DNA from: Blepharisma stoltei ATCC 30299
Lineage: Eukaryota; Protista; Ciliophora
Direction: 5' to 3'
DNA length: 64,000 nt
NCBI GenBank assembly: GCA_965603825.1
Contig: CBFDEM010000045.1
Span: forward strand, 1-64,000
Below the pieces are notes generated by a model. It saw only the letters and a program-made list of their open reading frames with translations. It did no database searches and was not told the DNA's origin. The position numbers and the translations under genes are program-made. Positions 1 through 9,345 of this stretch are shown piece after piece (the stretch's first letter is position 1; each line of letters begins with the position of its first letter).

Positions 1-1766
1 AACACCCTAACACCCTAACACCCTAACACCCTAACACCCTAACACCTAACCCCTAACCCCACACCCTAACACCCTAACACCCTAACACCCTAACACCCTA
101 ACACCCTAACACCCTAACACCCTAACACCCTAACACCCTAACACCCTAACACCCTAACACCCTAACACCCTAACACCCTAACACCCTAACACCCTAACAC
201 CCTAACACCCTAACACCCTAACACCCTAACACCCTAACACCCTAACACCCTAACACCCTAACACCCTAACACCCTAACACCCTAACAACCCTAACACCCT
301 AACACCCTAACACCCTAACACCCTAACACCCTAACACCCTAACACCCTAACACCCTAACACCCTAACACCCTACCTAACACCCTAACACCCTAACACCCT
401 AACACCCTAACACCCTAACACCCTAACACCCTAACACCCTAACACCCTAACACCCTAACACCCTAACACCCTAACACCCTAACACCCTAACACCCTAACA
501 CCCTAACACCCTAACACCCTAACACCCTAACACCCTAACACCCTAACACCCTAACACCCTAACACCCTAACACCCTAACACCCTAACACCCTAACACCCT
601 AACACCCTAACACCCTAACACCCTAACACCCTAACACCCTAACACCCTAACACCCTAACACCCTAACACCCTAACACCCTAACACCCTAACACCCTAACA
701 CCCTAACACCCTAACACCCTAACACCCTAACACCCTAACACCCTAACACCCTAACACCCTAACACCCTAACACCCTAACACCCTAACACCCTAACACCCT
801 AACACCCTAACACCCTAACACCCTAACCCCTAACACCCTAACACCCTAACACCCTAACACCCTAACACCCTAACACCCTAACACCCTAACACCCTAACAC
901 CCTAACACCCTAACACCCTAACACCCTAACACCCTAACACCCTAACACCCTAACACCCTAACACCCTAACACCCTAACACCCTAACACCCTAACACCCTA
1001 ACACCTAACACCCTAACACCCTAACACCCTAACACCCTAACACCCTAACACCCTAACACCCTAACACCCTAACACCCTAACACCCTAACACCCTAACACC
1101 CTAACACCCTAACACCCTAACACCCTAACACCCTAACACCCTAACACCCTAACACCCTAACACCCTAACACCCTAACACCCTAACACCCTAACACCCTAA
1201 CACCCTAACACCCTAACACCCTAACACCCTAACACCCTAACACCCTAACACCCTAACACCCTAACACCCTAACACCCTAACACCCTAACACCCTAACACC
1301 CTAACACCCTAACACCCTAACACCCTAACACCCTAACACCCTAACACCCTAACACCCTAACACCCTAACACCCTAACACCCTAACCCTAACACCCTAACA
1401 CCTAACACCCTAACACCCTAACACCCTAACACCCTAACACCCTAACACCCTAACACCCTAACACCCTAACACCCTAACACCCTAACACCCTAACACCCTA
1501 ACACCCTAACACCCTAACACCCTAACACCCTAACACCCTAACACCCTAACACCCTAACACCCTAACACCCTAACACCCTAACACCCTAACACCCTAACAC
1601 CCTAACACCCTAACACCCTAACACCCTAACACCCTAACACCCTAACACCCTAACACCCTAACACCCTAACACCCTAACACCTAACACCTAACACCCTAAC
1701 ACCCTAACACCCTAACACCCTAACACCCTAACACCCTAACACCCTAACACCCTAACACCCTAACAC
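1..1766 (+). repeat. Telomeric repeat tract (CCCTAACA)n, left chromosome end
   Basis: About 220 tandem copies of the 8-mer CCCTAACA (G-strand TGTTAGGG) from position 1, with a few single-unit indels, ending abruptly at ...CCCTAACAC|TAAAATCT. This unit is the known macronuclear telomere of the heterotrichs Stentor and Blepharisma. Confidence 0.98.
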
Positions 1767-2283
1767 TAAAATCTATAGATACTGAAAAAATATGTCTATG
1801 ATTTCTGTATAAATGAAAAATCCTTCACAGACATTGCAAATTGTGTTTGTATCTTTATGAGCCCAGCCTTAACGAGTCCTGCTGTTTTATTCTTAAGAAA
1901 CTCTTTCAGATAGGCTCAGGCGGCTTTTTTTAAATCATATAAAATAAAGCATTTTACCTTTTACTGAAGCATATTATTCGCATTCTAACTTTGCTAGACT
2001 TCTTTAACTGGCGGGATTATTAAATATATCGATTAGTCAAGCTCAAATTTATTTTACCACATAAAAATGCTATTATAAAAATTAATCTAAAGCTAGTTTA
2101 TTTTCATAGCATGCTTATTTTGAGGGTTAATTAAATAAAATAAACAATTTTGATTGATAATTAGATTCAATTTAAATACAAAAATCTAAAATAATTTGAA
2201 TAAAGATTGAATAAAAAGTATTTTTTCCAATAAATTCATTCCTTATTATAAAGATAATTATAAAATCTCAGATATTTATTACA

Positions 2284-3033
2284 ATGGAGATCGTATCAAA
2301 AGAGACAAACAAAGTAATGCTTTTAAAGCTACCTGATTATCTTTATCAAACATTTCTAAGCAACTCTGACTTGGCGGCAAGCATAAAATTCGATCCGAAG
2401 ACTTATCAACTCGAAATCGATCTTCCAAAATCAGTCGAAAGCTCTTCATATGGAGTCTTAACTTTTAAATCAAAAATAGAGCCAATAGATGAAGCTGATT
2501 TACATGTCTTTACAGTTGACCAGCAAAGAAAAGCTACATTAAAATCCCAAGTAGCTTACAAAGGGAATCTACTGCCTGAAAGGAATGATCATTATATTAA
2601 ATTAATCCAAAAGCAAAGCGAGCAAGTTAGCGACTTCAGCATCACAACTGCAGAGCCAAGGAGAGACGACAATAAAATCCAGCCAAGAATTTTTAGCTTG
2701 CATGAAGATCACAAGTATTTTGTGATGGCAAATCCAGAACAGGCAAGAGAATCTAGTATCAGAAAGATGCATAAAGAAAAAAGAGTTAGGGAAGATCCAG
2801 AAAAAGTTAAAGCAATGCTTTTTGATTTATTTTCAACGCAAAGATTTTGGAAATTAAAAACTTTGGCTGAGCATACTAGTCAGCCTGAATCGTATTTAGC
2901 TGACATACTTAGGGAAATCGGGGAAAAAGGACCTCCTGGGCAGTATAAAAGCCAGTGGCAGCTGAAAAGTGAATTTAGAGGGGCAGATGAAGGTGAAGAG
3001 GGCGGGCCAACTAAAAAACCAAAAATAGTTTAA
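2284..3033 (+). CDS. TFG2: Transcription initiation factor IIF beta subunit (RAP30/Tfg2), 249 aa
   Basis: N-terminal 'VMLLKLPDYL' matches the RAP30 'VWLVKVPKYL' strand. The C-terminal winged helix 'RVREDPEKVKAMLFDLFSTQRFWKLKTLAEHTSQPESYLADILREIG...YKSQWQLKSEFR' is typical of TFIIF-beta. Ends in TAA. Confidence 0.9.
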   Translation: MEIVSKETNKVMLLKLPDYLYQTFLSNSDLAASIKFDPKTYQLEIDLPKSVESSSYGVLTFKSKIEPIDEADLHVFTVDQQRKATLKSQVAYKGNLLPERNDHYIKLIQKQSEQVSDFSITTAEPRRDDNKIQPRIFSLHEDHKYFVMANPEQARESSIRKMHKEKRVREDPEKVKAMLFDLFSTQRFWKLKTLAEHTSQPESYLADILREIGEKGPPGQYKSQWQLKSEFRGADEGEEGGPTKKPKIV

Positions 3034-3103
3034 GTTAAAGCTAGCATAATTGCTCATCTGAAAATTTAGAAGTATAGTCTAATTAAAAATAACTTATCTC
3101 CAG

Positions 3104-4258
3104 TTATATAAAATAAGCTATTAAGATTGCAATAATAATTGGAATCGCCACGATAATTATGCCCATATTTGCTTTTCGTTGAGTTGGCTGGACTATTGGA
3201 ATATCTCTTGGGTTCATTTGTGCAATTATTTCAAGTTCTTCCCCATTCCCTGGATCTGTACCAAAAAGATATTTAAGTCTTTCTTGAGAATCTGCAATGC
3301 TTTCGTCAGAACAAATCATATCAGTTACGGGAATTTCATTTTTTAAATTGAAGTAAATCCTTCTTGGCAGAGTGTATTCAAAAGGCTCTGCAATTTTTTT
3401 GCTTAGATCTTTATTAGGCCATGAAGTTTTTTCACTCAACAGATCGTATCTTATTCTCATGCTACTAATTAAATCCTCTTTGATTCATTCTGCAACTCTC
3501 GGGGTAATTTTGGAGTTTTCTTGGCAAAGGGCAAAGCATTCTAGAAGTCCGCTTAGTCTGACCGCTTTAGTTATATCTCTTACATTTCCATATTTTAACG
3601 ACTTTGAGAAAATTTCACAGCTTTCCCCATTGGTTTTGACTGTAAAAGTTTGAGCCAATTTGGTTCAATTCGTTATTAGATCTTTGATATCATTCAATGG
3701 ATTTTCAGTAAGTTCTTTTTCAGCATAAAATCTTACTTTTGCCCTAACTGTTCTTAAAATTGGTAGTTCAGCTATCTCTATCTTCATAACATTACTTTTG
3801 AAATTTTTGATATCAATTAATTTGCAGATCCTTTCTTCAGAATATATTTGTAAGTGCAAATGAATAAGCTGATCTGACTTCGAATATTCATCATTCCTAA
3901 GAGCTGCAAGCAAATTATTAACTTCTTTTACTGCAGGGCTTACTAATTTTGTGTTTAAAAATTCTTTGTCTTCAGAAACAGTAAAAAATCCAATAATCGA
4001 AATTCCTCCAGGGAGCAGCCGTGAAACCTGCCTTGCATGCTCCAAAATTCAATCTTTGTATTTCCCTTCTTCTGATTCTATATTAGAGTTTAACAGAGGA
4101 ACAATAGGCAATGAATAATCGACTTTTATTTCTGGAGTTTCTACAAGCTGATATCCATAGGTGTTTTCTCCATCAATCAGCCCAATAATAAGTCCAGTGA
4201 AATTTTCATCTGAGTTTTGGAATAGCTGATATATAGGGTTCAGGCAAAACCTCATCAT
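3104..4258 (-). CDS. ODR4: ODR-4 homologue (tail-anchored ER membrane protein), 384 aa, three TGA=Trp codons
   Basis: Track ORFs 4049-4288, 3665-4045 and 3104-3460 share one frame and are separated only by TGA. The joined protein reads 'FTGLIIG...VETP...D[W]ILEHARQVSRLLPGGISIIGFF' (ODR-4 signature WxxxHAxQVxRMLPGG), later 'AE[W]IKEDLISSMRIRY...LPRRIYF', and ends in one hydrophobic anchor. Start taken as ATG 4258 (4255 is an alternative). Confidence 0.85.
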
Positions 4259-4271
4259 ATTAATGGAATTA

Positions 4272-5156
4272 TTATTTAAGATTGCCAATATTCAAAGTAA
4301 TTGCTCTCTTTTTGATTAATTTTTGGGGACTGTCTCCCATGCCGTCGTCATCGCTAATCATGGCCATCTCGTCTCCAGCTTCTATTAGCCCTGACATTTC
4401 TTTGATAAATCCGTCCACGTTATTTTCAATGACTTCCAGCTTGTCTCTTAAATTTTGGTTTTCTCTTTCCAGCTCTCTAAGGACAAGCTCATTTTTAGAT
4501 TTCTCTATTTTCTGCTCCGGGACTGCAGCCTTTAGCTCAGTGATGGCTTCCTTATACTTTTTTTCCCTTGCCAATTGTGAGTTTATTTGCTTTTCCAGCT
4601 CGCACTGCTTGCTTATCAGCTGAGAAACCATTCTATTCATCTGTGCAAGCTTAGCTTGATGTGCTTCTTCTTGCCGAATTTTATTGGTTTCCAGTTTTAA
4701 TAGTTGGGATTTCGCTTTTGATTTCAAAGCCCAGTCAAAAAATGCTTTCCTCTTTATAAAAATCCTAGAGTTTCGGTATTGGTTTATCAGCAAAACAATT
4801 TTATTTTTGATTTTCCCTTTAATTTCATTTTTCTTTAGTTTTTCTGCTGCATATGCACTATTGGCCCTTATTTTCCACTTCATAAACCCTCCAAGCAAGG
4901 TACCTTTCTTGGCTTTTTTAAGCGTCCTTGAGATCTGCACAATTAAAGACTGCAGCATATGACCGGCAAAAGTTTGGGTGTTCCTTTTGAATTCTTCTTG
5001 TTTTGCTTTATTTAGCTTAGTTTTAGGAGTTGTAGACAGCGCAAAAGGCGAAGACTGAAAGGTCTCTACTGGGGTTGCTGGCTTCTGCTCTTTACTTGGC
5101 GAAGAAGAGCCTGCCATAAATAATTCGTCGTCAATGAACATCGGGCTTTCAGACAT
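4272..5156 (-). CDS. Coiled-coil protein of unknown function, 294 aa, with two Sfi1/POC5-like 'FxxW' segments
   Basis: ATG-to-TAA ORF with K/E-rich heptads in the C-terminal half. 'LLGGFMKWK' and 'KRKAFFDWA' weakly resemble centrin-binding repeats. Confidence 0.7.
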   Translation of the reverse strand: MSESPMFIDDELFMAGSSSPSKEQKPATPVETFQSSPFALSTTPKTKLNKAKQEEFKRNTQTFAGHMLQSLIVQISRTLKKAKKGTLLGGFMKWKIRANSAYAAEKLKKNEIKGKIKNKIVLLINQYRNSRIFIKRKAFFDWALKSKAKSQLLKLETNKIRQEEAHQAKLAQMNRMVSQLISKQCELEKQINSQLAREKKYKEAITELKAAVPEQKIEKSKNELVLRELERENQNLRDKLEVIENNVDGFIKEMSGLIEAGDEMAMISDDDGMGDSPQKLIKKRAITLNIGNLK

Positions 5157-5193
5157 TTCTTTGAATTTATATTAAGAAACTATTTATTCCAAT

Positions 5194-5991
5194 TTAATCT
5201 CTATTGAAAGTCAAGACTCGTCCTTGAGGAATCGGGGTTTTGGCCACTTTTCTGTCAGTAGAAGGCTCACTGCGCGTTTTGAATAATTGAGGACTTAGCA
5301 TGTTTATCGGCTCTGTCGAAATTGACGTAATATTTAGCTCCAAATTTTGATTATTGCAGTCCTCCAGCTTTTCTTTGGTTTCAAAGACTTTTGGTTTCAA
5401 ATTTAGTGACGATTTTTTAAGTAAAACCTTTTCTCTTGTTAGTTTTTTTGACGTTTTCCCAATCTCTTTGCTTGCACACTCAATATCTCTTTTCTCGACC
5501 TGCAGCTTTTGCCGTTCCTGCTTTAATTTTGCAAAATCATGGCTTAACTGCGCCTTCAGCTTCATAAGGTCTTCTTTTTCGTGCTCAATCTGCTCTTTTT
5601 CGTGCATTACTTCTATTTCTTCCATCTGCAGGCTCTGCTCTCTTCGTTTCAAGCTTTCCCTGCACCTCTGGAGTTCTTCTTTGGCTTTTCTTAATTTCGT
5701 ACTTTCTTTCTTGGCCCTTTCAAACAGATTTTTTAAATGCTCTTCTTTGTCCCGCAGCTTGGAGTTTTCAGTGGCTAGGTCTTTTCGGATTTTCTCAGTG
5801 CTTTCTTCGTTATTGGCGAAGCACTGGGATTTGTGCTTCCTGGCACTGGGAAATTGAATATGCAGCAAATCTTTGTTTGCTTCTAAATCCACTTGTGAAG
5901 AAGTATCAACTTCGCTTTTTAGACTCTCATAGGAATTTAAAGCAAAATCGCCATCATAGGCTTCCTCGATGCTGTCCCACATCTGTTCCAT
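5194..5991 (-). CDS. Coiled-coil protein of unknown function, 265 aa
   Basis: ATG-to-TAA ORF with a long E/K/Q/L-rich heptad region (about aa 65-190) and a low-complexity S/T/P tail. Confidence 0.75.
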   Translation of the reverse strand: MEQMWDSIEEAYDGDFALNSYESLKSEVDTSSQVDLEANKDLLHIQFPSARKHKSQCFANNEESTEKIRKDLATENSKLRDKEEHLKNLFERAKKESTKLRKAKEELQRCRESLKRREQSLQMEEIEVMHEKEQIEHEKEDLMKLKAQLSHDFAKLKQERQKLQVEKRDIECASKEIGKTSKKLTREKVLLKKSSLNLKPKVFETKEKLEDCNNQNLELNITSISTEPINMLSPQLFKTRSEPSTDRKVAKTPIPQGRVLTFNRD

Positions 5992-6061
5992 CGTGTCACT
6001 TTTTATTTAAATGGAATTAAAATTAAAGAAAAATTGGGATAATTCGGAAGTAATTTTTAAT
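5992..6061. promoter_or_regulatory. Very short AT-rich divergent spacer (candidate bidirectional promoter)
   Basis: Head-to-head ATGs at 5991 (-) and 6062 (+) are 70 bp apart. An in-frame upstream ATG at 6011 would leave only 19 bp. Confidence 0.5.
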
Positions 6062-8326
6062 ATGGACGAAGTAAACAAAAATTCGAAACCTGGAAACACT
6101 TCAAAAGTAAAGAGCCCTGAAACTAAAGATGCTGGGCTTGAAAAACATATGAACAGCAAGCTTTTTCAAAGATTTCTCAAAAAAGAAGGGGTCAAATTAC
6201 AAGACCCGTCATTGCGAGCAGTCACAAAAACAGATGAGAGGCCTATAAAACCTGCGAATAAGACTAATCCTGCCCCAAAAGTAGAGGAAAACCTTCAAAA
6301 ATCAATTGAAGACGATCCTCCAAATTTTACATATCAGGACAAGTTCAGAGATCCAGATCCAAAATTGAAATCTCCAGAGCCACCTATTATGGAAGAGGAC
6401 GAAGAAGAGCATTATTCAGACAAGCCAAGCCCACGATATGATCGGTATCCTCCACCACTAGAGCCTTTCGATAACTATGAAAAAGAGGAAGACCCGTACG
6501 ACAAGATGTTTGAGCACCCTATCTTTTCCCCAAAAGAGAAGCCAGGAGAGCTTAAAAAGATCCCTGGGAATAAGTATTTCTCTAGAGAGCAGTCTTCTGA
6601 AGAACTGTCTCCTTATGCTTCACAGAATTTTGAAAAAAATGAATATCAGGGAAGAGATCAGCAAAGAAATCTTACTTCGGGGTCTGGGAGATATCAAAGA
6701 GATGAGGACGAAATTGACTTCAGCCCAGAAGAGCACATTGCAGATGGCACTGGGAAGTTTACAAACCCTGACTATGAGCTTAAAGGATACTCAGAACACC
6801 TGAATCCTGGAGAAAGCTATGCTTACTATGATGAGCCCTCAATCCGAAAACAAAACACCAAGTCTGCAAATATCCCTCCTACAAATATTCCTCCTGCACA
6901 GGTCCCTCAGCTTCCTCAAGTCATGCCTCAATACCCAATGCCCCCTCACCCTTATATGGGATATTTTCCTATGTATTACAACCCAGGGATGCCTGGCCCT
7001 GATTTTAAACCTTATGAGTCTGGACCTGAGACTCGGCGAAAAGACGAAACCGAGAAGCTTAAAAGTGACTACGAAGAATTGCTCAGTAAAAAAGATGAAG
7101 AAATCAAAAAACTGAACCGGCATTTGGAAAATGCAAGGCTGGACTATGATGAGCTAGAAGAAAGAATGAACTCAGGTGGAGACTTAGAAAGGAGATTTAC
7201 CAACATGAAGGTAGAAAGAGACATGCTCGACAGAAAACTAAGGACTGCTGAAGAAGAAAATGATAATTTAAGACATCAGCTAGACAATGCAAAAGAGGAT
7301 CTTGAAGTCTTTAGAAGTCAAAATGAAGACGCAGAAAGGAATATCAAGAACAAGACACAAGACCTTGAAAGAGAGCTGAGGGCGTCTAAAGATACAATTG
7401 ACGACCTAGACAGGCAGCTCATTAAAGAAAAAGAAAAAAATATCAACATGACCAGGAAGCTAGCCAAGAAAAAAGACAAACTTTATCAACTGGAAAATGA
7501 TTTAAAAAGAAGTGAGGCGACAATTCAGAGATTGGAAAGAGACTTGGAGTCTGCAAGAGACCAAGCAACTTATGACGCTCGGCAACAAAGACGGGAGATT
7601 GAATCCCTTCGTAGACAGGTGGATTCTTTGTCAAAAGAGCTTGAGAACGCTGATGCTGATACAAGAAGAGAGGTAAGGAGCTCTAAGGTTTCAAGGAGTG
7701 CTAGAAATGAGATAACAAGGTATGCAAAAGAAGAAAAACCACTAAATGAGGACTGGTATAAAGAAGAAAAGCCGGCAAAGTGGGATGAAAAACCACTGTC
7801 TGACCAATGATATAAAGAAGAAAAACCAGCCAAACGTGAAGAGCAGAAGCTGTCTGAAGCTTGGTACAGAGACGAGAAGCCAGCAAGGAGGGATTTTAGA
7901 GAAGATAGGCCTAAAAGTCCACTTAATAGCTATGATGATGCCCAGCCACCTCCAAATCAGTCAAAAAAGATTTCCGAGCAAGTAAAGGCCAGAATTGGGG
8001 CTACTGTTTCTACATCTGTCAGCAGTGCTTTATCATGGGAAACCAACCAAACAGCCCCTCCTCCACCTGTAAAAACCAAAAATGTGAGAGACCCAAACAA
8101 AGAGCAGACTTTTAGAAACGAAGACTCCATTCAAAACTTAGAAGACAAGCTACTAAACTTGCAAATAGACAAAAAGAAGCTGGAAGAAGAGTTCTCAAAG
8201 CTTCCTGAGCACGCAAAGAAGATTTCAATCATAAGGCGAAGAGAAGAAGTTGAGCAGGAGCTGAATCTCCTAAACTCAAACATCGTCACAATTAAAAATA
8301 AAATAAGGCAGCTGCAGTACCCATAA
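6062..8326 (+). CDS. Large coiled-coil protein, 754 aa, with enkurin/MPHOSPH9-like C-terminal helical hairpin; one TGA=Trp
   Basis: Track ORFs 6011-7810 and 8084-8326 are in one frame, open across TGA 7808. Disordered P-rich N-terminus and long coiled coil. The C-terminal 'LEDKLLNLQIDKKKLEEEFSKLP...IRRREEVEQELNLLNSNIVTIKNKIRQL' resembles enkurin-domain/MPHOSPH9 ends of centriolar and ciliary proteins. Start could be 6011. Confidence 0.8.
7754..7888 (+). repeat. Three 54-nt (18-aa) coding repeats, W-Y-K/R-E/D-E-K-P-A-K/R
   Basis: TGG TAT AAA GAA GAA AAG CCG GCA AAG (7754), TGA TAT AAA GAA GAA AAA CCA GCC AAA (7808), TGG TAC AGA GAC GAG AAG CCA GCA AGG (7862). Confidence 0.9.
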
Positions 8327-8387
8327 CAATAATTTAATATCCCTTTATGCTGTTCATGTCTAAATGATAAATTAATAAACATTACAC

Positions 8388-9287
8388 ATGGAAACTTGGA
8401 GAGAAAAATTTGAGAACCGCATTACAACAATCATCCTCTCTACCCTTGCTGTCGAACTTCTACTGCTCGTCGTAATGATCGCTCTTATTTATAACGAAAT
8501 GTCAGCGAAATATATTTTTTATGTTTTTTCAATCGTGGTCTTGATAGCGAGCACAATCTATTTTGCTTGGCATTCCTTAATAAAAGAAAACGCATTCGAG
8601 CTGATTGCCTTTTTAATCATGTCCTCGATACTCAATTTCCACGGGATCTATATGGCGGTTCTTCATGGAAAACCTTTGCTGTTCACAGCTATTTCATCGC
8701 TGATTTTATCAGTCTGCCAGCTGTTTTATTATTTTACCTTTTATTTCGCGTATCGTAAATTTGGATGAAGGATTGTAAACGCAATTAAGAACACTGACGC
8801 CAAAGTGATAACGGCTTTTAAGGTATATGAAACTTTTATATCGGTAATCAAGCTGGATTTTTTATTATACACACTCACTGTAGCCACTTTTATTTATTAT
8901 ATAGCAGTGAATTGGAATAGCTTTATTTTAGGAGGGATGGTGATTTCCTTAATTTTTTATGCTTTTATGATTTCTTATTCAATTTTAGGAGTTTTTGGTG
9001 TAAAAGTTATGTAGGTGACAAAAGAAAATAGATGTCTTCTATTCTCGTTTTTAGGGCTCTTGCCGATTCTAGCAGGTGTGAAGCTGTTTTTATTAGTAGC
9101 AATAGCAGCAGCTCCTGGGAAAAATATTGACCGTTTTATTTTAAGCCAAGCAATTGTGATTGCTATTGTTGATTTAATAATCGCCTGTACGATGGAAGTC
9201 CTCGGAGTTATTTGCTCTCAATCCTTTGGGTTGGGGCTTGGCGCGATTCTTAGAAGAAATAGTGAGGTCTTGAAAACTTTTATATAA
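8388..9287 (+). CDS. Multi-pass (about 7 TM) membrane protein, UPF0658 Golgi membrane protein-like; join(8388..8999,9015..9287), 294 aa
   Basis: Three track ORFs lie in one frame, joined by TGA 8766 (giving 'YRKFG[W]RIV') and a 15-nt intron. Motifs 'ENAFELIAF', 'KFGWRI', 'YETFISVIKLDF', 'GVTKENRCLL' and 'SFGLGL' match the fungal/protist UPF0658 pattern. Confidence 0.8.
9000..9014 (+). other. 15-nt spliceosomal intron GTAAAAGTTATGTAG
   Basis: GT...TAG, exactly 15 nt, with A at position 10 (the heterotrich branch-point position). It carries the only in-frame TAG, and removing it restores 'LGVFG|VTKENR'. Confidence 0.9.
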
Positions 9288-9345
9288 TCGCATCAGGAGT
9301 ATACAACTTTATTTATTAAATTAAATTCGATTATGTATATTTATA

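Noticed and set aside
40-1700. Variant telomere units (near 45-62, 286, 372, 826, 1003, 1383-1402, 1680-1690) as a programmed pattern
   Set aside because: They are irregular 1-3-nt indels, mostly in the C run, and cannot be told apart from long-read errors or telomerase slips.
1-1766. CRISPR array or satellite interpretation of the long repeat
   Set aside because: It is a pure 8-bp tandem unit with no spacers, sits at the sequence end and matches a known telomere.
4282-5857. Plus-strand S/F/L-rich ORFs (4282-4623, 4684-4962, 5354-5857) and similar short antisense ORFs across the window
   Set aside because: They are antisense shadows of K/E-rich or other real genes, many with non-ATG starts.
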